A DNA stretch of 64,000 nt from Octopus sinensis (GCF_006345805.1 NC_042999.1:142414001-142478000); one strand, 5' to 3'. Counted from the stretch's first letter, positions 27,513 to 41,383 are shown. Notes: a model not told the origin generated them from the letters alone. Numbers and translations are program-made.

Positions 27513-28369
27513 CCTCCTATATAATAAATTAATTTTACTCTGCTATGTATTGAGTACCTTATTTACTGTGGTTAACCCCGAATCAACCCGGGACCTACAT
27601 ATATATATATATATATACACGCACACACATGCGCACATGCACACACACACACATATATATCTCAGAGGTCATCAGCATCACTCGGGCTCATCACAGATTG
27701 TGCATAAGACACATGTATAAAAGAAGGTAAGAGACCTAATGCAGACTTATATGTGCACTGATAATTTAACAATAAGGCAGAAACATAGTTTTAATGTCTT
27801 TCTCCATTTTTAAGCTAAGGGTAAAAATAGTTTTGATATGTCTTTCTCCATTTCTAAGTTAACCTTGCAAAACACAGCTGATCTTTAAACACAGATGCAT
27901 AGAATAACAGCGATTAAATAATGACAGCTGAGTGCACAGCAAACATCAGTGATCTGACTGTCACCTGTACTCTTGACAGTTAGTCTTTTACACCTACCAG
28001 GATTGTTCGTATTAGCCCTAGTTGCTGTATAAGGTTTCGTTCCTTTAAGAATATTGTAGAACGGAAACATTTCATAGATTGGAATTTAAATCCTAATCTC
28101 TATAGAAATTTACTGTTTCAAGAAAACATTGAATTTGAATTACTTTTAACTTTTACGATTATAGATAACAACTTGGGCTGTAACTTCTGAGTCCGAGTTA
28201 GGTGTGTGTGAACGATGTTAAGAGAATGTCTGCTACAAATGATATTTTTTGACACAGGGCACCTCTAAGATGACTGTCAGACACTGAATGAAAATAAATG
28301 AATTGCAACCAGGCTCAATAAAAGGAGCCCTAGTTATTGGCTGCAATTATATACTTGAAGTTAGTGTTA

Positions 28370-28960
28370 GCAGAACTGGAATTTGCATCACCTGTCTGGA
28401 ACCCCTATCTTACCCAGGATATTAATTGTCTGGAAACCATTCAGCGATGTGCAACCAAGAGAATACCCTCCATCAGGCATTTGCCATATTCTGAATGCCT
28501 TTCTTCCCTGGGCATGGATACATTGAAACTCCAGCGTCTGGCAGCTGACTTGGCAGACACCCATAAAATTATTAACCATCTTACAAACAATAACTCTGAG
28601 CACCTTTTCAAACTCCACCTGTCTAACACCCGTGGACATGTTTACACAGTCAGAAAACAGCACAGCTCTCATGACTTTCGGAAATATTTTTTCACGCTAA
28701 GAGTTGCTGAAGCATGGAACAAACTGCTGGCATCAGTTGTTAATTGTCGGAGCACTGCATTCTTCAAAACTTCCATGCTTCCTGAGATTCGCCAACACTA
28801 CACCTGATTTTCTCCCTTCCATACACACGCAAGCATGTATCTGATTTATACACTGTTCACTTTCCAGACATTTGTACATTACTGCATATACTTTATACGC
28901 ACTTTTGACAAGTTGTGGTGCACCTGAGCACTGTATACAATAATTTCATTATTATTATTA
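28370..28960 (+). mobile_element. CR1-clade LINE 3' end (ORF2 C-terminus, 3'UTR, (ATT)n tail)
   Basis: LEFASPVWNPYLTQDINCLETIQRCATKRIP...NTRGH...FFTLRVAEAWNKL then UTR ending aataatttcattattattatta. The same tail recurs at 38163-38382(+) and about 13255-13430(-). Confidence 0.9.
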
Positions 28961-29336
28961 TGTAACTACATGTTCACTTCACTTCACTAAATTTATCCTC
29001 AGTTTAAGCCTGAACAGCCCAAGTGCCAGAGTCACCACTGATATATATATATATATATCACGTGATGACATGACTGACCAGGCCATCAGATGTTGCTACA
29101 CATCACTGGTCACAATGCGCTTCGCATTGTTTTAGCCTTCAATGACGCCACCCCACTGGCTAAGCGAGCAGGCCAATAGAAGAAAGAGTGAGAGAAAGTT
29201 GTGGTGAAAGAGTACAGCAGGGATCACCCCCCCCCCTGGAGCTTTAGGTGCCTTCACTCAATAAACACTCTGGGAATTGAAACCGCGATCCTACAACCGC
29301 GAGTCCGCTGCCCTAACCACTGGGCCATTGCACCTC

Positions 29337-29368
<32 letters not shown>

Positions 29369-29556
29369 ACATTTTATAAAGGGCTTAGTAAAATAAATTA
29401 CTTTGCCACATACTGAACTCATTAGAAATAGCAGCCAAAAAATTTTTTTAGCCATTTCTAATACTTAAAGAAAATTTCTCTCAGATAGTGTTTACTCAAA
29501 ATAACCCACGAAGGTATGGGGGTAAAAACATTAAAAAATCACAAGTGCAAAGATTA

Positions 29557-29618
29557 TTTGAGAACGTACGTTTCTAGATCAGCCAAATACAATTCGACAT
29601 TTCTTTCGTCAGCTCAAA
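29557..29618 (-). ncRNA. Type I hammerhead ribozyme-like motif with palindromic stem III (family H2)
   Basis: Minus strand: UUUGAG-CUGACGA-(31 nt, weak stem II)-GAAA-CGUACG-UU-CUCAAA. Perfect 6-bp stem I, perfect palindrome CGUACG, GUU triplet. Confidence 0.55.
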
Positions 29619-29737
29619 ATTTCTTAATTCGGATTTGTAAACACTGAAAGTAGGAGCATACCCTTTTGGCGACTTTTCACCTCCGAAGATCCGTTCAAAC
29701 TATATACATATACATATATACACATATATACCATACA

Positions 29738-29781
<44 letters not shown>

Positions 29782-29802
29782 TATATACACATACATACAG
29801 AC

Positions 29803-29873
<71 letters not shown>

Positions 29874-31775
29874 TAATGCATACATAATCATTAAAATGAA
29901 AAATAGTTCCTACATCAAATAACTAATCTAGCTAGTCTAAAATATATTGACTTTATAAGGTCTTTTAATGCCAACATTTCACTAGAAAATGTTTTTATCA
30001 ATGGAATATCTGCCATGAACTTCAACTATAAACATTAGCAGAGAAGCTGTTACAAAGAAAAAAAAAATAGCAAAGCATATTACAACCATTAAAACAGTAA
30101 CAAACTTTAGAGCCATAAAAAGTTTTCTTTGGCAATATATACTGGAAAATTTTTGCTTTTTAGTATATCAAACACAAGTGACCAAACCTCTTGCTGTTTG
30201 AAGATTGAAGGCAAGTGCATATTTGACTTCAAAATATATAATCAAGCTCAGTAGGTATAAATATTTTTGCACTTGACCACATCTCACAACTATTCTGCCA
30301 GTTCTTTGTGCAGCTATCACCTAATCTCATTAGTATAAAAAATCACTTGCACATATTTACATAAGCATATGCATATAGCATAGATATGTGGTTGAAAAGC
30401 TTGCTTCTTCCCAACTATATAACCTCAGGTTCAGTTCCACTGTGAGGCACCATGGCCAAGAGTCTTCTACTATAGACCTGGGCTGACCAAAGCTATGCAA
30501 GTAGTTTTGGTAGATGGAAATTGAAAGCTACCCGGCTCCTGTGCAGGTGGCATGTAAAAAACACTATTTGAGCACGGTCGTTGCCAGTACTGCCTGACTG
30601 GCCCTCGTGCCGGTGGCACGTAAAAGCACCCACTACACTCTTGGAGTGGTTGGTGTTAGGAAGGGCATCCAGCTGTAGAAACTCTGCAAGATCAGATTGG
30701 AGCCTGGTTCAATCATCTGGTTCACCATCCTTCAGTCAAATCGTCCAACCTATGCTAGCATGGAAAGTGGACATTAAACGATGATGATAAATATATATAC
30801 ACACACACACACACCACACACACACACCACACACACACACACACAAACACACACACATAATGCATACATAATCATTAAAATGAAAAATAGTTCCTACATC
30901 AAATAACTAATCTAGCTAGTCTAAAATATATTGACTTTATAAGGTCTTTTAATGCCAACATTTCACTAGAAAATGTTTTTATCAATGGAATATCTGCCAT
31001 GAACTTCAACTATAAACATTAGCAGAGAAGCTGTTACAAAGAAAAAAAAAATAGCAAAGCATATTACAACCATTAAAACAGTAACAAACTTTAGAGCCAT
31101 AAAAAGTTTTCTTTGGCAATATATACTGGAAAATTTTTGCTTTTTAGTATATCAAACACAAGTGACCAAACCTCTTGCTGTTTGAAGATTGAAGGCAAGT
31201 GCATATTTGACTTCAAAATATATAATAAAGCTCAGTAGGTATAAATATTTTTGCACTTGACCACATCTCACAACTATTCTGCCAGTTCTTTGTGCAGCTA
31301 TCACCTAATCTCATTAGTATAAAGAAATCACTTGCACATATTTACATAAGCATATGCATATAGCATAGATATGTGGTTGAAAAGCTTGCTTCTTCCCAAC
31401 TATATAACCTCAGGTTCAGTTCCACTGTGAGGCACCATGGCCAAGAGTCTTCTACTATAGACCTGGGCTGACCAAAGCTATGCAAGTAGTTTTGGTAGAT
31501 GGAAATTGAAAGCTACCCGGCTCCTGTGCAGGTGGCATGTAAAAAACACTATTTGAGCACGGTCGTTGCCAGTACTGCCTGACTGGCCCTCGTGCCGGTG
31601 GCACGTAAAAGCACCCACTACACTCTTGGAGTGGTTGGTGTTAGGAAGGGCATCCAGCTGTAGAAACTCTGCAAGATCAGATTGGAGCCTGGTTCAATCA
31701 TCTGGTTCACCATCCTTCAGTCAAATCGTCCAACCTATGCTAGCATGGAAAGTGGACATTAAACGATGATGATAA

Positions 31776-31790
<15 letters not shown>
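29874..31790 (+). repeat. Near-identical tandem duplication, about 985-bp unit
   Basis: taatgcatacataatc at 29874 and 30858; identical spurious ORFs at 30581 and 31566. The junction lies in a (CA)n tract. Confidence 0.95.
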
Positions 31791-31810
<20 letters not shown>

Positions 31811-32075
31811 TGCATACAACTTTATTTATGGGTTAACAAGGCTACTGGTGGTTTCATGGTAGAGAGATTTTTTTACAGTTCTTCAAATGTACCACATAGG
31901 AAAGTCGGTACTTATCTCCATACTGGATGAGAATACATGAAGTTACAAGTGCCTGTATATGATTTCAAAAAAGATAAACAAAATAAATCAGTGAAGTAAT
32001 TTACAATGAAATCTTAATTGTTATCTCCCTTGCATTATCCCTAGATTTTTGCAAGAAACTTTAAAGAAGTTAATT

Positions 32076-32990
32076 TCCTAGATATTAATATGAATTTTAG
32101 GACAGACAAATTTAAACCTTACCATAAACCAAATGAGGATACCTCCTACATTGACATAGGCTCTGAACACCCACAGTCTATAAGCAAACAATTATTTAGT
32201 AGCATTAATAGGCATGTTATCAAGCTATCTGCTGATGAAGCTACTTTCAAAAAGGTCACCCTATACTTATAATACTACATTAAAAGGGTCTAATTTTATA
32301 TTGAGCCAAATGTAGATAGGCCAAGAAGATGTAGACAGAGGAAAATATTATGGTGCAGTCCTCTATATAACATGAGTATAGTCATGAACACAGCCCAAAA
32401 ATTCGTGAAACTAAGTGATATACACTTCCCTTACATAAATACCACAAGGTCTTCAATAGAAATATGGTCAAAGTTAGCTGTAGTTGTTTCCCCAACATGG
32501 GGTCAATGATTTTCGATTAAAATAAAAATAACTACAGTAAGAATTTTCTCCCAAAATCTTGTATTTATACATCCCCAGATAACTATCTCCAGAACAATAG
32601 GTGGCTGGAAAAAGAATTAGTGTACAAGGCTAGTATTTTGGATTTAAACAGAGCAACAAAAACTTACATTGGAATGATGGCAAACACCTTCAAAAACAGC
32701 TATATGCAGCATTTGACTTCATTCAGAGACAAAAGCAAAAGACACACATCTTTATCCAGTATGGTATAGACACACTAGTAAAGAGAGGAGTGTGAATAAT
32801 CTCCATATAAACTGAAATATCATAGCAAAAGCCATCAAAAATAGGAGATGTGGATGTAAATGCAAGCTCTGCATTACAGAAAAACTAAATATCAATACAA
32901 TAACAGTGAACAAGTTAAATATTGGGGAAGAAACCTTCTCCCATTGCATGCGTACATAACAATTCATACTTCAAAACTTCAAGCATGACT
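32076..32990 (+). mobile_element. Degenerate Penelope-like element (Penelope/Poseidon-type RT thumb + GIY-YIG)
   Basis: FLDINMNFRTDKFKPYHKPNEDTSYIDIGSEHP...LSADEATF; RKILWCSPLYN; ELVYKAS...TYIGMMANTFK. Many stops and frameshifts. Confidence 0.75.
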
Positions 32991-34178
32991 CCCTCCACTT
33001 ACATTACCACTCCTCCAACTTGGATAAGGTTTTTGGACATCGATTATATATACATTATGTATTAGAAACATATATTCACATGAACTTATGTTGGATTCCT
33101 TTACTACACAGATACATGTACTTAGAACATATTTATATCACATGATTCAGAGAAAAAAATATGTATATGAACTTATGAACATATAACTCCATGGACTAAG
33201 TCTGGTATCAAAAATTTGTGAAATCCTGTAATTATGTGCACATACTCAAACATGAATAAAACATATGTATGTATCTATATAAATGAGTGTGCATTTGTGT
33301 GTTTGTGTATGTGTGAGTGTGTGAGTGTGTATGTCTATGTGTGTGTGTGTGTGTGCATGTGTGTATATGTATACTTTGTATAGGTATGTATCTGTACATA
33401 AATGTGTGTGTATATATATATACTCTTTTACTCTTTTACTTGTTTCAGTCATTTGACTGCGGCCATGCTGGAGCACCACCTTTATTATATATATATATGC
33501 TTACATATTTGGATGTGCACAAGCATTCTCACATGAGATGATTTAAGAATTAATTAGTTAACTAAATCATGGTGAACACAATTTCTTGTAAAAATCCAAG
33601 ACTAATACAGGGGAGGCAACAATTAAGATTTTCTTTCATTTGTCTACTTTGAAATCCTGCACAGTCACATGCAACTTCCTGTATTCGCATCCAAAATGGA
33701 GAAAGTACCAACGTTTACATGTGCTATGCTCAAATAATTGTAAAGGCCTCTCATACATGAAACCATTGGTAACTTGTTAATCCACAAATAAAAAATATTT
33801 ATCCACCAATGCAGTGTTGAGTACTCATTCTCACTGTTTAATATTAATGTGTGTGAGTGTGTGTATATATATGTATGTGCATATGCATATATATGCATAT
33901 ACATATATGTGTATATATATGTATGTATATGTATACATAAATACATATATATACTCTTACTCTCTTTTACTCTTTTACTCTTTTATTTGTTTCAGTCATT
34001 TGATTGTGGCCATGCTGGAGCACCACCTTTAGTCGAGCAAATCGACCCCGGGACTTATTCTTTGTAAGCCCAGTACTTATTCTATCGGTCTCTTTTGCCG
34101 AACCGCTAAGTGACGGGGACGTAAACACACCAGCATCGGTTGTCAAGCAATGCTGGAGGGACAAACACAGACACACAA

Positions 34179-34211
<33 letters not shown>

Positions 34212-34879
34212 CATATATACGACAGGCTTCTTTCAGTTTCCGTCTACCAAATCCACTCACAAGGCATTGGTCGGCCCGGGGCTATAGCTGAAGACACTTG
34301 CCCAAGATGCCACGCTGTGGGACTGAACCCGGAACCATGTGGTTGGTTAGCAAGCTACTTACCACACAGCCACTCCTGCGCCTATGTGTACATTTTTATA
34401 CATACATGTGTGGATGTGCATGTAAGTAATGTATGTATGTGTGTGTATGTGCAACACTATCATACAAACATATAAAGGTATAGATCTAGAAGCACTACAA
34501 GAGCATCAAATAGAATGCTGAATGGTACTTGTTCCAGCTCTTTGCACTCTGAGTTCAAATCTTACTGGGATCAGCTTTTGTTAAAGAGGCCCCTTTAGTC
34601 CTGTCAGAGACATGGCAATCCTTTCTAATGCTGGAGCATTGTGTAAGTGTGGGGCTTGAGAAAACCTTTCAGTTTTGTTAAAGAAATGGAAATCTGTCTA
34701 GAGCTGGTACCACATAAAAGCACCCAGTACACTCTGTAAAGTGGAAGGGCATCTAACTGTAGAAAATAAACCAGAAACGGAACTATTGAGTAGGATATGG
34801 TCCTCCTATTGTTATAAGAGTGCTCTAATGAGCTCTCCAGTTCATGTCTGCATGGAATGTGGATATAAAGAGATGATGG

Positions 34880-34913
<34 letters not shown>

Positions 34914-35475
34914 GGATGAGGATGATGTATTCTAAAATTATTACAATACAAATTATCCCACATAACAATTGCATTGGTAAAAAGTGAAGGTTTTAGGGAA
35001 GAAAGTATGGAAAATGTTAATGTTCATAACTGTTTCAGAGAGAAAATACTTTCAATCAGGAGCTGAAATTAGATTATGAGACATTTTGCTTCAAGGATAA
35101 TTATCATGTTTTCTATCTTTTGGAGAATTATGGTTATTTTAATGAATCCAGTTGGTACCTATCTTATTGCCCACCACTCTCACTCCCACTAGATGCAAAG
35201 TAAACTCTTTCCCAGCAAGAATTGAACTCAGAATAGTGAGTTGCTGAACTAAATATTTGAAAATTTCTAGGTCCCTGCTGTACCTTCTGAATCATCTCCA
35301 TCTCCCCTTAAATATTATAATTATAATGGTTTCTAACTTTGGCACAAGAACATAGATTTGTATTTGTAGGCAAAAAGTATAGTTAATTGAATTATCCTGA
35401 GTATACAAATGGTATGTAATTTTATCAACCATGGAAGGAGTAAAATCCAAATTAATTCAGAATATAAAGAGATTT

Positions 35476-35765
35476 AACAATTGCAGCATGGAAGGTGTTT
35501 ATAAGCCATTTAAGAAACACACAAAAACCATTAGATTCACTTCAACATTTAAATTTAATATGTCAAAATATTTACGTCACTTTGAGACAGCGACCTGTTC
35601 ACTGACAAAATTCCGAGGTGCAGCATAAAATTTTTTCAGTGAACAGGTCGCGGTCTCAAAGCAATGAAAATATTTTGACAAATTAAATTTAAATGTTGAA
35701 GTGAATCTAACGGTTTTTGCGTGTTTCTTAAATGGCTTATAAACACCTTCCATGCTGCAATTGTT
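35476..35765. repeat. Fold-back inverted repeat, arms about 137 bp, loop about 16 bp
   Basis: 35476-35612 is the reverse complement of 35629-35765. The same family occurs once at about 12693-12895. Confidence 0.9.
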
Positions 35766-36819
35766 TTCGTTCCAGCACACGATCTCAGATCAGGTCACTT
35801 GCTGTGCAAGTACATCTCCGTAAAGGGATTTAATCATAAAGAAAACAACAAGGGTGCAGCTCTGACCTAAATGATAGATTACTGGAGCACACAACCAATG
35901 GTGGTGTGGTTAAGAAGCTCACTTTACGATCACATGGTTTTGTCTTTGATCTATGTGGTACCTTGAGTGAGCGTCTATCGACATAGCCTTATGTTAATCA
36001 ATACCTTGTAAGTGGAATTTCGTGGATAGAAATTGTGTAAGTGTTGATTGTAAGACAGTATACTCTAGTACAGTGAGTTGCAGAGAGAAATGTTTAGGGG
36101 ATGATAACAGTAAACTTGTCCTTACTGACACTGAAAAAGACATGAAAATATTATGGTTTATCTTGCATCTGTTGGTTGGCTCTTATCTTTGTTTCTCTTG
36201 ATCTGATACTTTTTCTGTGGCTGATTGTTATCTTAGATTTATTTTCATTGTATTTGTTGGTTAGCAGTGTGTTTAGTGTTAGTATTTTGCTTTGTTGTTT
36301 TTATTAAGTGTATGGGAAAATGTATTTTCTGACTATGTTGTTTATTTGCGGAATTTATTTATTAATCTCATTGAGAGCTATTTGTTATGTGAAAGATTCG
36401 TATGTGTGCATGATTTTTTTTAGGATGGGGATCATGTCTGTTTCTTTCATTACCAGTACCTATTTATTTATCTATTATCTTTTATTTTTTACTTTTTTCA
36501 GTCATTAGACTCTGGTCATGCTGGTGCATCATCTTGAAGAACTTTAGTCAAATGAATTGACCCAGTACTTTTTAAAGTCTGGTACTTATTCTATCAGTCT
36601 CTTTTGCTGAACCACTAAGTTGTGGCGACGTAAACACACCGACAATGGTTGTCAAACAGTGGTGGCGGACAAATACACACACAAATGTACACACACAAAT
36701 GTACACACACACACACATGTAACAGGTTTTTTTCAATTTCCTTCTACTGAATCCACTTACAAGGCTTTGGTTAGCCTGAGGCTATAAGGGAAGACTCTTG
36801 CCCAAGGTAACACACAATT

Positions 36820-37015
36820 TTGGGGGAGGGGTAGTCAGTTACATTGATTCCAGTGCTCAATTGGTACTTTGTTATTGATGCCAAAAAAATGACAGGCAAA
36901 ATCAACCTTGGCAGAATTTGAAATCAGAATGTAAAGACGGATGAAATGCCGTCAAACATTTTACCTGACATGCTAATGATTCTGACAGACAGCTTGCCAC
37001 CCTAATAATAATAAT

Positions 37016-37066
<51 letters not shown>

Positions 37067-37310
37067 TATAATAATAATAATAATAATAATAACAATAATT
37101 TCAAATTATGGCACAAAGCCAGCAGTTTTGGGGGAGGGGGTAATCAATTACATTGATCCAATGATCACCTGGCACTTATCTTTTTGACCCTGAAAGAATG
37201 GAAAGCAAAGTTAACATCAGCAGAATTTGAACTCAGAATGTGAAGATGGATGCAAAGCATTTGCTAGGCATGCTTATAGTTCAACTAGCTTGCTAATAAT
37301 AATAATAATG

Positions 37311-37371
<61 letters not shown>

Positions 37372-37700
37372 TAATCCTTTTTACTATAGGTACAAAGGCC
37401 TGAAATTTTGGGGGAGGGGCTTATCAATTACTACCCCCCCCTTCATCCCGAGCTCAACTGGTATGTATTTTATTGATTCTGAAAGGATGAAAGTGAATTC
37501 CACCACATCAGAATTTGAAAAGATGAAAGGCAAAGTTGACCTCAGCAGAATTTGAACTCAGAGTGTAAAGACAGATGAAATGCCACTAAGCATTTTACCC
37601 AGCATGCAAATGATTATGCCAGCTTGTTACCTTATCTCTTCTTAATATTAGTAGTTGTAAGGGCAGTGAGCTGGCAGAATCATTAGCACACTGAGCGAAA
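36820..37700 (-). mobile_element. Cluster of SINE family D copies separated by (AAT)n arrays
   Basis: Repeated ggcacaaggcc.gaaattttgggggagggg...gaaaggatgaaaggcaaagt.gacctc.gcagaatttgaactcag. Also at about 60500-60715(-), 62305-62460(-) and 56500-56640(+). Confidence 0.8.
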
Positions 37701-37859
37701 TGCACAATTCACCAAAACTTTGAATCATCTTTTTTTGCTTGCCTGCAACCTGTGTTTTTGGAGTTTTTAAGGTGGTTTTTAGCGTCATTTGGCATTTATT
37801 TTCAGTACGTGGGGAGGCTTGTATCCAATCCCTTGTTGTAATTATGCATATAATTATTA

Positions 37860-37899
<40 letters not shown>

Positions 37900-37949
37900 A
37901 ATGCTCAGGAGCAATAAACACTGAAAACGTGCCTCCACCACATCCCAGG

Positions 37950-38425
37950 GGAAAAACTACGAGTAGTTCAGAGAGCTCCTACCTCTGCTGGTGACAAAGT
38001 GCCTCTCACTCAGAGTAGAAGGTAAACTGTATGACGCATGTGTGCGAACGGCTATGCTACATGGCAGTGAAACATGGGCCATGACTGCTGAGGACATGCA
38101 TAAGCTTGCAAGGAATGAAGCCAGTATTCTCCACTGGATGTGTAGTGTCAGTGTGCATACAACTGGCATCGGTTGTTAGTTGTCGGAGCACTGCATCCTT
38201 CAAGACTTCCATGCTTCCTGAGATTCGCCAACACTACACTTGATTTTCTCCCCTCCATACACACACAAGCATGTTCACTTTCCAGACATTTCTACATTAC
38301 TGCATGTACTTTATATGCACTTTCTGACAAGTTGTGGTGCACCTGAGCACTGTATACAATAATTTCATTATTATATATTATTATGACAGAGTTTAAGCAC
38401 CCTAAGAGAAAAGTTAGGGTTAGAC
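37950..38425 (+). mobile_element. RTE LINE fragment interrupted by a CR1 3' end (38163-38382)
   Basis: RELLPLLVTKCLSLRVEGKLYDACVRTAMLHGSETW...WMCSVSVHT stops at about 38160 and resumes as QSLSTLREKLGL at about 38385. Confidence 0.8.
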
Positions 38426-39944
38426 TGTTGTGGCTGATGACAGTACCATCTGATTGGCACCTGTGCCAGTGGAATGTTAAAAACACCATTCGAATGTGAT
38501 CATTGCCAGGGCTGCTGACTGGCTTCTGTCCCGGTGGCACGTAAAAAAGCATGATTTGAGCATAGTCATTGCTAGTGCCGCTGGACTGGCTCCTGTGCAG
38601 GTGGCACGCAAAAAGCACCTTTTGAGTGTGGCTGATGCCAGAAACCGCCTGACTGGCCCTCATGCCAGTGGCACATAAGACCACCCCCTACACTCCCAGA
38701 GTGGTTGGCATTAGGAAGGGCATCCAGCTGTAGAAACTTTGCCAGATCAGACTGGAGGCTAGTGCAGCCTTCTGGCTTGTCAGCCCTCAGTTAAACTGTC
38801 CAACCCATGCCAGCATGGAAAACGAATGTTAAATGATGATGATGATGATTATATATATATATATATATATATATATGGTAGTCTCTTGTAGTCCAAGAGA
38901 GAGAAATTTCTGCAATTTCTTGCTGAACAACCTGCATAAATGAGTATTTGTTTATAGCAATCAAATGCATGTGCTGTACATTAGCTCACACCCTCCATCA
39001 AATTGATTTTTACCTGAACAGGTGTATGGTATACACACATCAAGTGTTGAAGTGATCACAGAACTATGTGAGATGATGGTTTTACTCAAGCATACAACAC
39101 ACCACCCAGTCTGGGAATTAAATCCATAATGTCATGATTGGGCGTACCATACCCTAACCACTAAACCATGTCTCCTCATACATACATAATATATAACTTA
39201 TAATAATGAAGTCAAACCAAATAATGATATTTTGAAAGCATTTACATATGCACACAGATATAAATGTATATATGTGTGTGTGTGCATGCATGTGTTTTGG
39301 GTGTACACATATATATATTAACTGCATTAACAATGTTTCATCTTGATACTTTACTGCTTTACAGAATATATCGAGGGATTTCTGGTTAATATTGTATGTA
39401 TTCACAGTATTCACAGATGTATATATACATACACACACATATATATGGATATGAATATATACTATACATGCATTATACACACACGCACACACACACACAC
39501 ACACATATATATATACATGTTCTGGGTATGACAATAAACTGCATTCAGTGGCAAGACTCTAGTTTGAGAGTTCAGGAGCTGTGGGAAATGTCAAGTTACC
39601 CCTTCGTTGTCATCACTCTCAGGTCTGCTCTGGCCCAAAGCTGTAGTACCTGTTAGAGCCCCTTTTATTGATTAAATAATTACCTTACTTGAGCGCCGCC
39701 AGTAAAGTATTATCAGCCACTGAAAAGAACCATGGAGAGTGTACTTAACAACACTAGGGTTAGAGTCCCTAACTACACTGTCATAGAGCAGCCTGGTCAT
39801 TATGGCTTTGCTGGTTTAGAGCCACAGGGAGGGCCAGTGAATGATGGACTAGCTGTCTCTGAGACACAGGACATGGCAGTGATGATGAGGAAGAAAGACC
39901 ACTAGAGAGAACTCGTCCATGGATCTTGGAAATTTTACCTGCCC

Positions 39945-40024
<80 letters not shown>

Positions 40025-40140
40025 CAGACAGATAGACATACAGACAGACAGAAAGACAGATAGACAGACAGACAGACAGATAGATAGATAAATAGATAGA
40101 TAGATTGATAGATAGATTGATAGATAGATTGATAGATATA
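39945..40140. repeat. (GATA)n/(GACA)n tetranucleotide microsatellite
   Basis: Directly visible. Confidence 0.95.
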
Positions 40141-41383
40141 CAGGGAGGTCAATCCAAGTGTAGATATTTATTTTACTTAAATTTACTTAACATTTCTTTT
40201 CTTATTTCAGAAATTTAATACTCTTAACATTTAAGGTATTATTGAAGCTAATTTGTACTTGAAATTTAATATACTTGAAGCTAGTATTTATGCTTGTATG
40301 AGTAGAATAAGTAAAGCAATTGAAGGTTTATTCAGGAAAAGGAAAACTCCAAGCAAGATTTTCAAGATTTTGAAACTCACTGTCAACAGATCAGGAGTCT
40401 ATAAAGTAATCAAATAAATAAAAGATACTGGTTTTTGCTTACCAAAAGTGAGAACTACTCCACCTTGACCAGTGAGAGCTCAAAAACTCATCAAAAACAC
40501 CAGAGAAAAGATCAGGCATAACCCAAAAAGAAACATCAGAAAACTTGCTTCAGAAGCTGGTACAAGCTATGGAACCATGCATAATTTGTTGAAAAACGAT
40601 CTTCAATAATTCTTATATAAGATATCAAAAGCATATCTTTTGTCTGAAGCCACAAAGAAAAAAGACTGCAAAGAGCAAGGCTTCTTCTGCATAAGCTGAG
40701 AGATGGCACGCAGCCACCAATACTGTGCACAGATGAAAAGTTATCCAGTGTGCAAGCGTGCCATAATCTATAAAATGATCAAATATATGCAGTAAATAAA
40801 GAGGACATTCCTGTCAAAGAAAGATTATCCTTTCGGTGGCAGAAACATGCATCCATAATGATGTGGGTGGGTGTGACCTCAAATGGCATGAAAACCCCTC
40901 TAATCTTCATTGAAGAGGGTGTAAAAATCAACCAACATGTTTATTTGGACATGTTAAAAGATAAAGTAGTCGTTTGGGTTATTGCAACAATGGGTAACAA
41001 GGTGTAACTCTCCAACAAGATGGCACAACATCTCATACAGATAAAAAATGGTGTTGAGAGAATTTCAAGGCATTCTTGCTGAAAGAGTTCTGACCCCACT
41101 CTTCACCTGGCCTGAATCTGATGGACTTTGGCATATGGTCTATCCTTGTGAGCAAATTCTGTGCTAATTCTCATATGAATCTCAGAGCCCTTGAGCACCA
41201 TTTATGAAAATGCTGGGACAAAATCTCCAAAGAAACTGTTTATACCACTTGCTCCAAAGTTGTTCTCAGACTCTGGCAGGTAGTCTCTGCCAAGAGGGAA
41301 TATATTGAAAATTAAATATATCATCTTAATCTACATTTTCTGGGCTTTATTTGAATAAATATCTGTCAATATTCCATCTGATC

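Noticed and set aside
27885-28070. 61-aa minus-strand ORF in repeat-poor sequence with a possible donor site
   Set aside because: No recognisable domain, no convincing acceptor and no partner exons.
33195-33235. Possible decayed hammerhead at the end of the 32-33 kb Penelope
   Set aside because: The core is too mutated (ctggtat) and stem I is absent.
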